Assembly: GCA_963716175.1 (NCBI GenBank) | Contig: OY970296.1 | Span: 3,968,001 to 4,032,000, forward strand | DNA: 64,000 nucleotides | Reading direction: 5' to 3' | Source of the DNA: an uncultured Armatimonadetes bacterium | GTDB lineage: Bacteria; Armatimonadota; Hebobacteria; Hebobacterales; Hebobacteraceae | Shown: positions 15,882-25,704 of the stretch, one piece after another | How positions within the stretch are numbered: position 1 is the stretch's first letter | How the letters are laid out: each line of letters starts with the position of its first letter | Notes under the pieces: model-generated | Told to the model about the DNA's origin: nothing | What the model saw: the letters and a program-made list of their open reading frames with translations, nothing else | Database searches by the model: none | Position numbers and translations under genes: made by a program

Positions 15882-17489
15882 ATGGCGACCTCAGGCGGAG
15901 ACCAGCGAACGCCGGAACCTAGGCCTCGGCCCAGACCTGGCCGGGGTCTTGCCAGGAGCTACCTGGTCGCCGCCGCCGTGCTGATCGCGATCCTTGCCAT
16001 CTCGCTCCCGCTGGACTCCTGGCTGCGAGCGCGGGCGAGGCGGGCGCCGCTCGACTTCCTCCCAGCCTCCACCCGCCTGGCACTCGCGGTTGACCTGCGG
16101 CCTGACAGCGCGGCGATGCGCAGCATGCGGATGGTTTGGTCCGCCTCGGATGTCCAGCACCTCGCCGGCCGCGCCACGGAGCTGAGCCAGAAACTGGTGG
16201 ACTGGACCGGGCTCAAGCTCGACCTCCGGAGAGACGCCTCCTCGTGGTTTGGGGGAGAGGTGGTGGCCGGGGCCGTGGGCGGCGAGACCGGCACGCCTCT
16301 TGGCCCTCAGTCCACGGCGGCGGGCAACCGACGCCCACCTTCACTGGTGTTGATCGCACGCATTACCAGCGCGCGCCGGGCGCGCGCCAACCTGGATCGC
16401 GCGGTGGCGCCGATGGCGCGCGATCTGGACTGGCGGAAGTCCATCCTGAGGCACACCGGGGCCAGGATCACCGTCTGGCGCGGGGCCTCGGGCCAGGAGC
16501 AGATCGCCTACGCGACGCAGCACGGATGCCTCGTGGTGGGAATGACCTCGGCCCCGGTGGCGGAATGCCTGCTCGCCGCGCGTCAGCCCGACCGCCGCCT
16601 GGCAGCGGTGGACGGGTTCCGCAGGGCGACGGGCCGGCTGCCGCCGGACTCAGCCATCTGGTGCTACCTGGATCTGGCCTCCGCCTCGCAGATGACGCGT
16701 TACCTGCTGCCCGCCCTGCGCCACGGATGGCTGGGTCTGGTGGGCGCGTATCTGGAGGGAGAGATCGGCTTCGGCAGCCAGGAGGCCGCGCCGGAGACCG
16801 CCGGCGCGCTGGCGGTGGCGCTGGTCCCGGAGAGAGACGGGCTCCGCCTGAAAGGAGTGTACGCGTCAGCGAAGCCAGGTGAGGCGGACGCTTCTCCTCA
16901 TCTGGTGAAGCTGGCGACACTGCTGCCGAGGGACACGATCGCCTATCTCGCCGCTCACCGGCCAATCGCTCTCCTCCCCCTGGTAGGTCGCCCCCCTCCG
17001 CGGCTGCTCACCCCACCGCCACGAAACCCGATGAAGAGCTGGCGGCCGTTTCCGCCGCTGGGACCCTGGCTCGGGCCCAACGCGCTCCCCAAGGACATCC
17101 TGATCGCGCTTCTGCCGCGCCCGGGCGAGCGCCGGCTGGCGATGGTGATCGCGGCGCCCTCAGGCCAGATGACCGGCGCCAGGGGCTGGCTGGCGGCGGC
17201 GATGATGCGGGGCGACGCGCCTCGCACCACCATCGGCGATTATTCGGTCATCGGCAGCGACGAAGAAGCCATACGCCAGTGCCAGCTCGCGGCGAAGGAC
17301 AGCAGTCAGCGCCTCTCGCCACCTCGCGGTCGGGATTGCCAGTTCGAGGCGTGGGTGAGGCCGGGACGCTTGTCCCACGCGCTGGCACGGTTCGAGGAGG
17401 TGCAGATCAGGGGATGGGAGGCGGCCGGCGGGGGAGAGGGAGAGCTGTCTCTCAAGGCAGAGCCGCGGAGGCTGCTCGGCGGGCAATGA
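15882..17489 (+). CDS. Membrane-anchored hypothetical protein (DUF3352-like)
   Basis: Single N-terminal TM; LDFLPA, GLKLDLRRDASSWFGGEV; family assignment tentative. Confidence 0.65.
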   Translation: MATSGGDQRTPEPRPRPRPGRGLARSYLVAAAVLIAILAISLPLDSWLRARARRAPLDFLPASTRLALAVDLRPDSAAMRSMRMVWSASDVQHLAGRATELSQKLVDWTGLKLDLRRDASSWFGGEVVAGAVGGETGTPLGPQSTAAGNRRPPSLVLIARITSARRARANLDRAVAPMARDLDWRKSILRHTGARITVWRGASGQEQIAYATQHGCLVVGMTSAPVAECLLAARQPDRRLAAVDGFRRATGRLPPDSAIWCYLDLASASQMTRYLLPALRHGWLGLVGAYLEGEIGFGSQEAAPETAGALAVALVPERDGLRLKGVYASAKPGEADASPHLVKLATLLPRDTIAYLAAHRPIALLPLVGRPPPRLLTPPPRNPMKSWRPFPPLGPWLGPNALPKDILIALLPRPGERRLAMVIAAPSGQMTGARGWLAAAMMRGDAPRTTIGDYSVIGSDEEAIRQCQLAAKDSSQRLSPPRGRDCQFEAWVRPGRLSHALARFEEVQIRGWEAAGGGEGELSLKAEPRRLLGGQ

Positions 17490-17493
17490 CACC

Positions 17494-17592
17494 GGCGGGC
17501 ATGGGTCCCTAGGCCTGAAGGCCGGGATGGCGGCCGGCTCTGCCGGCCTAGCCAGCGGTCGCCACAGGGGCGACCTAGCCACATGCCCGCCC
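17494..17592. repeat. Composite REP-like hairpin between convergent genes
   Basis: Outer stem GGCGGGCATG/CATGCCCGCC with internal CTAGGCC/GGCCTAG arm. Confidence 0.7.
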
Positions 17593-17600
17593 CGCAAGGG

Positions 17601-18683
17601 CTAATGCTCGAAGACTCGCCCCCGAATGCTTCCCACCAGCCAGCCGCAGAGAACACCGAGGAAGACGAAGTTGCCACCGACCAGATAGACCGCCAACCTG
17701 CCCTCCTGCGGCGAGAGTAGACCCAGGGTGGCTGTAATCAGGCCGGAGACGAAGAACGCAACCAGGATCGAGAGCGAGAAGTTCTCATCCAGAAGAGCGA
17801 CGATGAGATAGAAGACCGGCGCCGCCCAGAAGAACACCAGACCGGGCAAGGCGACGAAGACGCCGACGGGCGTGGTTTCCGGCCCCACCCCGGCCACCTG
17901 ATACCAGAGCAGCTCATCGTCGAAGGGGCCGATGATGGCAGTTGCGGCCAGCACCAGCCCCATCAAGAAGCCGTCCCCGAGAGCAGCATAGATCAGGTTC
18001 ATGGGTAGGTTGAAGAAGGCCGGCTGCCCCCAGCGGCTCTGCAGATGGATGAGGCTCAGCACCACGAAGACCAGGGCAAGTGCCACCCCCACCCAGGCCG
18101 AAGGGGGACGGTTGAAGGGGCTGGGGCGTTCTCGGCTATATCGGCGGGAGACGGCCCTGCCCTCTCGCAGCGCGGTGACCTCTTCCAGCAACTGCCAGTA
18201 GCGCCGGCTGTTCGGGTCGAACTGGATGGCGTAGTTGTACATCGTGAGGGCCTTCTGATGCTGGCCCTGGTCGCGCAGGATGTCGCCCAGCAGAGCATAG
18301 CCCTCGGCGTTCCTGTTGTCCTGCTTCAGCGCCTCCCGCGCCAGCTCCGCGGCCTCGTTCAGCCGGCGCCGGACAAAGGCGGCCTCGGCCTCGACTAGCA
18401 TCAGACGGGCCCGCGGCAACTGGCCCAGCAGATCGGGAGGCGGCTCCTGCCCCCGGCTCTGGCGCAGCCGGCGATCGTACTCTTTGCGCTCAGGGCCCGT
18501 GAGAAAGAGGTAGGAGTTGGTCCACTGGCGGAACCGTTCATCCGGCAGCAACTGGTCGGTCCCCAGATCTTTGTGGTATTGGCGGACCAACTGCCGGTAC
18601 CGGGCGCGGATCTGGACCGGCGGTGCGCTCCAAGGAAGGCCCAACAGATCGTAGGCGTTGCGCGGCTGTCTAATCTTGAGCAT
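17601..18683 (-). CDS. J-like domain + TPR + multi-TM protein
   Basis: AYDLLGL..QIRARYRQLVRQYHKD..RKEYD; TPRs (NAEGYALLGDIL..AIQFDPN); C-terminal TM helices. Confidence 0.85.
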   Translation of the reverse strand: MLKIRQPRNAYDLLGLPWSAPPVQIRARYRQLVRQYHKDLGTDQLLPDERFRQWTNSYLFLTGPERKEYDRRLRQSRGQEPPPDLLGQLPRARLMLVEAEAAFVRRRLNEAAELAREALKQDNRNAEGYALLGDILRDQGQHQKALTMYNYAIQFDPNSRRYWQLLEEVTALREGRAVSRRYSRERPSPFNRPPSAWVGVALALVFVVLSLIHLQSRWGQPAFFNLPMNLIYAALGDGFLMGLVLAATAIIGPFDDELLWYQVAGVGPETTPVGVFVALPGLVFFWAAPVFYLIVALLDENFSLSILVAFFVSGLITATLGLLSPQEGRLAVYLVGGNFVFLGVLCGWLVGSIRGRVFEH

Positions 18684-18726
18684 GGCGGTGTCTGCTAGTA
18701 TAGTGAGTCAACTCTACCAGCGTCAA
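18676..18726. promoter_or_regulatory. Overlapping divergent sigma70-type promoters
   Basis: Plus strand TTGAGC-N17-TATAGT (18676-18704); minus strand TTGACG-N18-TATACT (18726-18697). Confidence 0.55.
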
Positions 18727-18737
18727 GGCGGAGGCGA

Positions 18738-19523
18738 ATGAACCGGATCATCTTCCTGGGCACAGGCGGCGCGCGGGTGCTGGTGTTCAAGCAGCTTCTC
18801 GCCTCGGGCGGCCTCTGGATCGAGATGGCCGACACCTGCATTCACCTGGACCCAGGACCGGGGGCGCTGGTGCAGGCCACCAAGCGCAAGCTCGATCCGA
18901 CCAAGCTCGATGCGGTGATACTCTCTCATCGCCACCTCGATCACTCCGCCGACATCAACGTGATGATCGAGGCCATGACCACCGGCGGCTTCAACCGGCG
19001 GGGCCTGGTGTTCGCTCCCAGGGATGCTTACGACGACGACCCCGTGATCCTGCGCTACCTGCGAGGCTATCCGAGGCAGATGCACGTGATCGAGGAAGGC
19101 GGGGAGTACGAGGTCGGCAACGTGCGCTTCCGGGCCCCGGTGAGGCACGATCACCCGGGCGAGACCTATGGGCTAGTGTTCGAGTCCGGCGGCTGCCGCT
19201 GGTCGTACATCGCCGATACCCGCTATTTCCCTGAGCTGGCCGACCACTACCGCGCCGATGTTCTCATCATGCACACGGTGCGCCTGGAGGAGAGCAACAT
19301 CTACCACCTCTCCATCCCGGATGCCAAGCGCCTGATCGAGGCGATCCGGCCCCAGACCGCAATCATCACTCACTTCGGCATGACGGTGTGGCGGGCGAAG
19401 CCCTGGCTGGTGGCGGAGAAACTGAGCCAGGAGACCGGGGTGGAGGTGAAAGCCGCGCGGGACGGGATGAAGTTCGAGCTGCCGGGAGGAGACGAATCGC
19501 AGGAGGAGCCAAGCCATGTCTGA
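18738..19523 (+). CDS. MBL-fold metallo-hydrolase
   Basis: IFLGTGG, LDPGPG, LSHRHLDHSAD (HxHxDH), IADT, ITHFG. Confidence 0.93.
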   Translation: MNRIIFLGTGGARVLVFKQLLASGGLWIEMADTCIHLDPGPGALVQATKRKLDPTKLDAVILSHRHLDHSADINVMIEAMTTGGFNRRGLVFAPRDAYDDDPVILRYLRGYPRQMHVIEEGGEYEVGNVRFRAPVRHDHPGETYGLVFESGGCRWSYIADTRYFPELADHYRADVLIMHTVRLEESNIYHLSIPDAKRLIEAIRPQTAIITHFGMTVWRAKPWLVAEKLSQETGVEVKAARDGMKFELPGGDESQEEPSHV

Positions 19524-20544
19524 TCTGTTCGTCAGGCTGATGAGAGTCGCTGATGCCAAGGAGAACTTCTTCACGGAATGCCTCGCCGCAACGCTTGAGG
19601 AAGACACATGTCTGGCCAGGTGTCTGCTCACCTTTCTGTGCGGCGAGGAGGTGGACGGCGTTGCCGTGGCAGGTTCCGCGCTCGATATTGACACCCAAGT
19701 GTCCTACCCAGGCACTGGGTCGTGCGTGGACATGGTGTTCCGACTCGGCGGCCAGAAGTCCGTAGGTATTGAGCACAAGCTTTTCTCGCCTGAAGGGCGA
19801 GACAGCAGCGGGGAGAAGGCGCAACTAGAGAAGTACCTTAACCTACCCATCCTCGATCGTCTCGCATTCATCACTGCCTATGACACCTCCGTGAAGGCTA
19901 CGGTCTTGGCAAGCCCTCGCTATCTCAGGCCCCAGAGTCGTCAGCACTTCATGTGGTCCGACCTCTACGAGACCGTCGAGGCGAGCACAAGGCGGCCCTC
20001 AGCAAGGGTACTCAACCGGGCTCTCCTCGGGCTCTTCTCCCACCTGGGCTTCGAGCCCCCGCCGGCAGACATCGGGGACCTCAGCGATCCAGACCTCGCC
20101 GTTGGTCGCAGCAATCGGCGGAATTTCGCGAAGCTCTGGGGACCAACTCGTCAAATGCTGGATGCGCGGGGGTACCAGGTCCTGCAACCGACTAGGCAGG
20201 CAGGTCTTGATGTAGGACCAAAGCCGGAGGCTTCTACTCCTATCGAGTCGCTATGGCTGGACCCCGAACACCAGAGAGGATCGCTGCGGGTTCGCCTGAC
20301 CGCACCTGCGGCTCATCTGTCGGCCATTGAGCAGAGACTCAGGTCTCCTGGTTTCCTCCATTATGAAGACGTCTCTACGCGCATGGCAAACGCAGCCCGG
20401 AGGAAATCCGGCCGAGATGTCAAGATCCGCGTGCTCGACGTTATGATCTCGATGAGAAAGCTCTTTGGGGGAGCCGACAGCGCGGAGGCGAAGTCACAGC
20501 GCCTGGCCGATTTCACCTCGGCTGTTCTCGACGCGCTTGGTTGA
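19516..20544 (+). CDS. Hypothetical protein with N-terminal PD-(D/E)XK nuclease-like domain
   Basis: ENFFTECLA..VDMV..GIEHKL..QLEKY pattern; visibly less GC3-biased than its neighbours. Confidence 0.65.
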   Translation: MSDLFVRLMRVADAKENFFTECLAATLEEDTCLARCLLTFLCGEEVDGVAVAGSALDIDTQVSYPGTGSCVDMVFRLGGQKSVGIEHKLFSPEGRDSSGEKAQLEKYLNLPILDRLAFITAYDTSVKATVLASPRYLRPQSRQHFMWSDLYETVEASTRRPSARVLNRALLGLFSHLGFEPPPADIGDLSDPDLAVGRSNRRNFAKLWGPTRQMLDARGYQVLQPTRQAGLDVGPKPEASTPIESLWLDPEHQRGSLRVRLTAPAAHLSAIEQRLRSPGFLHYEDVSTRMANAARRKSGRDVKIRVLDVMISMRKLFGGADSAEAKSQRLADFTSAVLDALG

Positions 20545-20657
20545 CCGCTGCATGGATGATGCGGCAGCGCCTGTCCGCCCACAGTTCGGAGATGAACCAC
20601 ATCCCGCGACGCAGGACCACGACCTCCGCGCGTTGAACTTGCGCTGAGGGCTATCAA

Positions 20658-22112
20658 GTGCCTACGTTCACACCAGTCATCCGCGAAATCCCCTGTCCCT
20701 TGTCCGCAGTCGGTGCCTTCTCCGCCATCGCCGACCGACCTGGCAGTATCTTGCTCGAAGGCAGCACCAGGGAGCCCCGGCTTGGTCGTTACTCCTTCCT
20801 CGCCTGCGACCCGTTCCTGACTTTCCGCAGCAAAGGGCCGCGAGTAGAGATCGCGTCGGCCCAGGGCAGAGAGGACCGCGAAGGCAATCCCTTCGCGGTC
20901 CTAGGCGAGCTGCTCGCCGACTGTCGCGTGGCGCGCCCGGCGGGGGCGCCTTCTCTCATCGCCGGCGCCATCGGCTATCTCGCCTATGACCTGGGGCGGT
21001 TCGTGGAGCGCATCCCGGAGACCAGCCGGGACGATGTGCCGGTGGCCGACTGCCACCTCGGGTTCTACGGTGTGGTGGTGACGATAGATCATGTGGCCGA
21101 GCGCGCCTGGATCAGCGGCATCGGGGCGCCGGAAGTAGACCCGCGGGCGGCCCAGCGGTTGGCGGAGGCGCGGGTGGAGGGGATGAGCCAGATGATGGCA
21201 GGGGCAAGCCCCTGCCCAACAAGGAAGCCGTCCCAGCGGCCAGCGGGCAGCGGGCATGCCCTTCAGATGACCTCCAACTTCAGCCGGGAGGATTACCTGC
21301 GGGCGATTGGGCGGGCGAAAGAGTACATTGCGGCCGGCGACATCTACCAGGTGAACCTCTCGCAGCGCCTCTCTGCTCCCCTGGCCACCACTCCGTTTGA
21401 TCTCTACTGTCGCCTGAGCAGAGATAATCCCGCCCCCTTCTCGGCCTACTTCGAGACTCCGGAGGCAGCGATCGTGAGCTGCTCGCCGGAGCGATTCCTG
21501 CAGGTTCGCGGGCGGGAGGTCGAGACTCGCCCCATCAAGGGCACTCGCCCGCGCGGGCAAACGCCGGAGCAAGATGCCGCCCTCGCCGCCGAGCTGGTGG
21601 CGAGCGAGAAGGATCGCGCCGAGAACGTGATGATCGTGGACCTGGAGCGCAATGACATCGGTCGCACCTGCGAGTTTGGCTCCGTTCACGTGCCGGAGCT
21701 GTTTGCGCTGGAGAGCTACGCCACGGTGCACCACCTGGTCTCCACGGTGCGAGGCCGGCTCCGCCCCGGGAACACCGCGCTCGACTGCCTGCGCAACTGC
21801 TTCCCCGGAGGCTCCATCACGGGCGCGCCGAAAGTGCGCGCCATGGAGATCATCGAGGAGATGGAGCCGACCCGGCGCGGAGTCTACACCGGGGCCATCG
21901 GCTATCTCTGCTTCTCCGGCGATATGGATGTGAACATCGTCATCCGCACCCTGGTGGTGAAGGACGGCACCGCCTACTTCCAGGTCGGGGGGGCGATAGT
22001 GGCCGACTCTGACCCGGAGGGGGAGTACCAGGAGACGGTGGACAAAGCGCGGGCGCTGGCCGGCGGGCTGGCCGCGGAGGCCGGCGCGGAGACGATCCAG
22101 TGGCCGGGATAG
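20658..22112 (+). CDS. pabB: Aminodeoxychorismate synthase component I
   Basis: GRYSF, IGYLAYDLG, GDIYQVNLSQR, SPERF, TRPIKGTRPRG, AENVMIVDLERND, FPGGSITGAPK. Confidence 0.93.
   Translation: MPTFTPVIREIPCPLSAVGAFSAIADRPGSILLEGSTREPRLGRYSFLACDPFLTFRSKGPRVEIASAQGREDREGNPFAVLGELLADCRVARPAGAPSLIAGAIGYLAYDLGRFVERIPETSRDDVPVADCHLGFYGVVVTIDHVAERAWISGIGAPEVDPRAAQRLAEARVEGMSQMMAGASPCPTRKPSQRPAGSGHALQMTSNFSREDYLRAIGRAKEYIAAGDIYQVNLSQRLSAPLATTPFDLYCRLSRDNPAPFSAYFETPEAAIVSCSPERFLQVRGREVETRPIKGTRPRGQTPEQDAALAAELVASEKDRAENVMIVDLERNDIGRTCEFGSVHVPELFALESYATVHHLVSTVRGRLRPGNTALDCLRNCFPGGSITGAPKVRAMEIIEEMEPTRRGVYTGAIGYLCFSGDMDVNIVIRTLVVKDGTAYFQVGGAIVADSDPEGEYQETVDKARALAGGLAAEAGAETIQWPG
21197..21220 (-). repeat. 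GTTG-footed REP-like hairpin inside the pabB linker
   Basis: GGCAGGGGC-AA-GCCCCTGCC-CAAC, same architecture as 6053-6076 and 6090-6113. Confidence 0.65.
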
Positions 22113-22967
22113 CCTGGGTTAACGGGAAGCTGCTGGCCCCCGAGGAACCCGCGATCGCTGCGGCCGATCGCGGCTTCCTCTACGGAGAGGGCCTGTTCGA
22201 GACCATGCGCGCCTATCGGGGCCGGATCTTCCGCCTGGGACGCCACCTCGACCGCCTGATCGCCGCCGCGCCGGAGCTGGGCTTCGTTCCTCCCCGCCGG
22301 GAACTGCTGGAGCGAGCGACCGCGGAGGCACTCGCGGCCTCGGGTATGAGCGAGGCGGCGGTACGGTTGACGGTGACACCGGGCCCGGTGCAGGCCGCTT
22401 CCCCCACCATAGTGGTCCTCGTCCGCGACCTCGCGCTGCCGCCGGCGGAGTGCTACCAGACGGGCTGCCGCGCGGTCACGGTCCCTGCGGCCCAGGCGGC
22501 AGGAACCCCACTGAGGAGGACCAAGTCGCTCAACTACCTGGACAAGCTGCTGGCGCAGCGCGGGGCCGCGCAGAGCCGGCGCGCACGAGGCCATCATCAT
22601 TGATCCTGACGGCGGCGCGGTTGAGGGCGGAATGCGCAACGTGTTCGCGGTGATCGCGGGCGGCCTGGTGACCCCTCCTCTCTCCCGCGGCCTCCTGCCC
22701 GGAGTGACACGCGAGGCCATCCTCGAGATCGCAGAGGGGATGGGCCTCCGGAGCCAGCAGCGGGAGCTCCCGGTGAGCGAACTCCGTGGTGCAGACGAGT
22801 GTTTCCTCACCAGCTCCGTGGCCGAGATCCTGCCGGTGGCGGAGATTGATGGGCAGCGGCTGGGAGGAGCGGCCCCCGGGCCGTTGACGAGGAAGCTGAC
22901 CGCAGGCTATCGGGCGCTGGTGGCGGAGGAATCGGGCTTCGGGGCGGAAGGGGACCGGTCCGGGTAG
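22100..22967 (+). CDS. pabC: Class IV aminotransferase / aminodeoxychorismate lyase (frameshift near 22560-22575)
   Basis: DRGFLYGEGLFETMR, HLDRL, KSLNY in the first frame; HEAII..EG..RNVF..TPPL..GLLPGVTR..ADECFLTSS in the second. Confidence 0.85.
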
Positions 22968-23905
22968 AAGGCCCGCGCCATGGCCTCGATCGCGTCAACG
23001 ATGCGCGGCCCGGGCCGCATGATGTGATTAGCCTCCAGCACCACCAGGTGGTTCCGGCGGACAGCGGAGAGCCGCTTCAGCACGGGATCGGATAGCACGT
23101 CTCGCCTCATCCGCTCCGGATCACCTTCCATGGTGGAGAGTAGCAGGAAGTCGGGGTCTGCGGCCAAGAGAGACTCGGTGCTGAATGGCCGAAACCCTTT
23201 GAGGCGGGCGGCGATGTTGCGAGCGCCGGCGGCGCGAATGGCGTCGTCCTGAAAGGTCTCCGCGCCGGCCGTCCAGACCGGGTTGACGCTGATGAGTATG
23301 AACGCGGTGGGCCGTTTCGCCTCCGCTACCTCCCCTACCCTGGCTGCCACCGCGGCGAGCCGTGCCTCCAGGCGAGCGCTTGCCTGGGAGGCGCCCTGGC
23401 TGGCTCCGGTGATCTCGCCGATCTGTTCGATGGCCGTGAGAATATCGCGCAGAGTGGCGGGGTCAATCGTGAACACCTGGCAGCCCGACTTGCGCAGCGT
23501 GGCCACCAAGTCCGGCGGGTTGCCGCGCGATCCGATCACCAGGTCCGGCTCGGCCCCCAGCGTCTTCTCGGCGCTGGGCGTGAACCATCCGCCCACGCGT
23601 GGGAGCTTGGCCGCGGCCGGCGGATAGTCGGCCGGATCGGCGGCCGCCACCACCCGATCGCCGGCCCCGATGGCGTAGAGGATCTCGGTGACGGTGGGCG
23701 CGAGGGAGACGATGCGCCGGGGCGGCCGTTCGACTCGAACCTCCACGCCCTGCGCGTCCTTCAGGGTGACGGGAAAGCCAGCACTGCTCGGCGGAGCCGA
23801 GGAAGTCGGCCTCTGTCGCGTCCCAGCACAGCCGGCCACCAGCACGATGATGGTCAGGGCGAGGATTACACGATAGCGAGTGGGGCCGCCGTACCGGATG
23901 CTCAT
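22907..23905 (-). CDS. btuF: Cobalamin-binding lipoprotein (ABC substrate-binding)
   Basis: Lipobox VAGC; FPVTLKDAQG, RIVSLAPTVTEILYAIG, RPGPRIVDAIE; located in the cob operon. Confidence 0.85.
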   Translation of the reverse strand: MSIRYGGPTRYRVILALTIIVLVAGCAGTRQRPTSSAPPSSAGFPVTLKDAQGVEVRVERPPRRIVSLAPTVTEILYAIGAGDRVVAAADPADYPPAAAKLPRVGGWFTPSAEKTLGAEPDLVIGSRGNPPDLVATLRKSGCQVFTIDPATLRDILTAIEQIGEITGASQGASQASARLEARLAAVAARVGEVAEAKRPTAFILISVNPVWTAGAETFQDDAIRAAGARNIAARLKGFRPFSTESLLAADPDFLLLSTMEGDPERMRRDVLSDPVLKRLSAVRRNHLVVLEANHIMRPGPRIVDAIEAMARAFYPDRSPSAPKPDSSATSAR

Positions 23906-23908
23906 GCT

Positions 23909-24646
23909 CTAGCCTACCGCGGTTGCTCCGCCTAGCAGTACAGCCACCTCCACCAGCTCATTGATGGAGCCGTAGATGTCCCCGGTCAACCCACCTAGTC
24001 GCCGCAGCCAGTAGAGAGAGCAGAGCAGGGCCGCGATCACGGCCCCTCCGGCGAGAATCAGCCCGCGCTCCCTCAGCAGAGCAAAGGAGATGATGCCAGC
24101 GATGACGGCAGCGCCGATGGCGTGGCGCAGGCGGGTCTGGGCCGCGAAGCCAGCGCCAGTGCCGGCCGCTCGCGCATAGGGGAAGAAAGCGACGGCGACA
24201 ACCATGCTCAAGCGCCCCAGCACAGGCGGAAGCGCGATCAGGCGCCAATGCTCAAGTCCCGCCAGGCGGCCGTAGGCAGCGAACTTCACCAGGAGCAGAC
24301 AGATCGCCGCGGCCACCCCCAGCGCGCCCGCGCGGCTGTCCTTCATGACCGCCAGCAGGCCCGGGCGGTCGCGATGGCTGAAGAACGCGTCGGCGGAATC
24401 CATGAACCCGTCAACGTGCAATCCGCCAGTGAGCAGGAGGGCGGCCGCGATGATCAGGCCCGAGGCAACGTAGGGATCCCAGAGTGCGCGGCCGCACCAG
24501 TCCAGGCCCGCCAGGATCAGGCCGATCACGAGACCGACCAAGGGGAACCAGACGCAGGAGCGGCCCAGCTCCCCCGGCGGCAGCTCGGGCCGAGAGGGCA
24601 CTGGCAAAACCGTGAGGAATCCCAGCGCAGTCAGCAGGGCGCGCAC
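23909..24646 (-). CDS. cobS: Adenosylcobinamide-GDP ribazoletransferase
   Basis: FLTVLP, TGGLHVDGFMDSAD, MKDSRAGALG, GGLTGDIYG. Confidence 0.96.
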   Translation of the reverse strand: MRALLTALGFLTVLPVPSRPELPPGELGRSCVWFPLVGLVIGLILAGLDWCGRALWDPYVASGLIIAAALLLTGGLHVDGFMDSADAFFSHRDRPGLLAVMKDSRAGALGVAAAICLLLVKFAAYGRLAGLEHWRLIALPPVLGRLSMVVAVAFFPYARAAGTGAGFAAQTRLRHAIGAAVIAGIISFALLRERGLILAGGAVIAALLCSLYWLRRLGGLTGDIYGSINELVEVAVLLGGATAVG

Positions 24647-25704
24647 TCGTCCTCCAGGGCTTCCGACACACCCGCGCCAGCGAAGGTGGCCATCTCGTTC
24701 AGCGTCCTCACCGCCGCCTCCACCAGAGTCATAGCGAGCGCGGCTCCAGTGCCCTCGCCCAGCCGCATCCCGAGGTTGAGGAGCGGCTCCAACTGCATGT
24801 GCTTCAGGGCCGCGGCATGGCCGGGCTCGACCGAGAGATGGCCCGCGATCAGGTAGTCCCGCACCCCGGGAGCGAGCCCGGTGGCAATCAGGGCCGCCGC
24901 CCCCGAAATCAGGCCGTCAATGACCACGGGCACACGGTGAGCCGCGGCCGCCAGCATCACGCCGGCCAGCCCCCCGATCTCGAAGCCGCCCACCTTGGCC
25001 AGCACGCCCAGAGCATCGGCCGGGTCGGGCCGGTTCACGGCCAGCGCGCGCTCGATGGTCGCGATCTTCTTGGCAAAACGCGCATCGTCAATCACAGTGC
25101 CCCGGCCGGTGACGGCCGCCGGCGGGAGGCCGGTGAAGGCGGCGACGATGGCGGAGGAGGGGGTAGTGTTGCCGATCCCCATGTCGCCGGCGCCGATCAG
25201 GTCGAGGCCGCGCGCCAGCTCCGACTCAAAGACATCAATGCCCACTTCGATGGCGCGGCCGGCCTCCTCCCGGGACATGGCCGGGCCGACAGCGAGGTTG
25301 CGAGTGCCGGCCGCGATCTTGCGGGAAAGAACCGGTCCGCCAGCGCAGTCACCCGCCACCCCGATGTCCACCACCACCACGCGGGCCCCAATATGGCGGG
25401 CCAGCACGTTGATGGCGGCGCCACCAGCGGCGAAGTTGGCCAGCATCTGGACTGTCACCTCGGGCGGGTAAGCGCTCACTCCTTCGGCAGTGCAGCCGTG
25501 ATCGGCAGCCATCACGAAGATCGCCTTCGCTGAGACCTCCGGCCGGGCCCGCCCCTGCATTCCCGCCACCTTGATGGAGAGTTCCTCCAGCCGTCCCAGG
25601 CTCCCCCGCGGCTTGGTCAGCGTGTTCTGGCGCTCGCCCGCGGCCTGCATAGCGGCCGCGTCGAGCGCGCGGATGCGCGAGATGGTCTCGCTAATCCTGG
25701 ACAC
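24631..25704 (-). CDS. cobT: Nicotinate-nucleotide:DMB phosphoribosyltransferase
   Basis: LTKPRGSLGRLE, AADHG..EGVSAYP, GDMGIGNTT, GGFEIG, MRLGEGTGA; GTG start 25704. Confidence 0.96.
   Translation of the reverse strand: MSRISETISRIRALDAAAMQAAGERQNTLTKPRGSLGRLEELSIKVAGMQGRARPEVSAKAIFVMAADHGCTAEGVSAYPPEVTVQMLANFAAGGAAINVLARHIGARVVVVDIGVAGDCAGGPVLSRKIAAGTRNLAVGPAMSREEAGRAIEVGIDVFESELARGLDLIGAGDMGIGNTTPSSAIVAAFTGLPPAAVTGRGTVIDDARFAKKIATIERALAVNRPDPADALGVLAKVGGFEIGGLAGVMLAAAAHRVPVVIDGLISGAAALIATGLAPGVRDYLIAGHLSVEPGHAAALKHMQLEPLLNLGMRLGEGTGAALAMTLVEAAVRTLNEMATFAGAGVSEALEDECAPC

Noticed and set aside
18699-18709. 11-nt match to the T7 promoter core (GACTCACTATA on the minus strand)
   Set aside because: The upstream TAATAC is missing and there is no phage or vector context; explained by overlapping -10 boxes.
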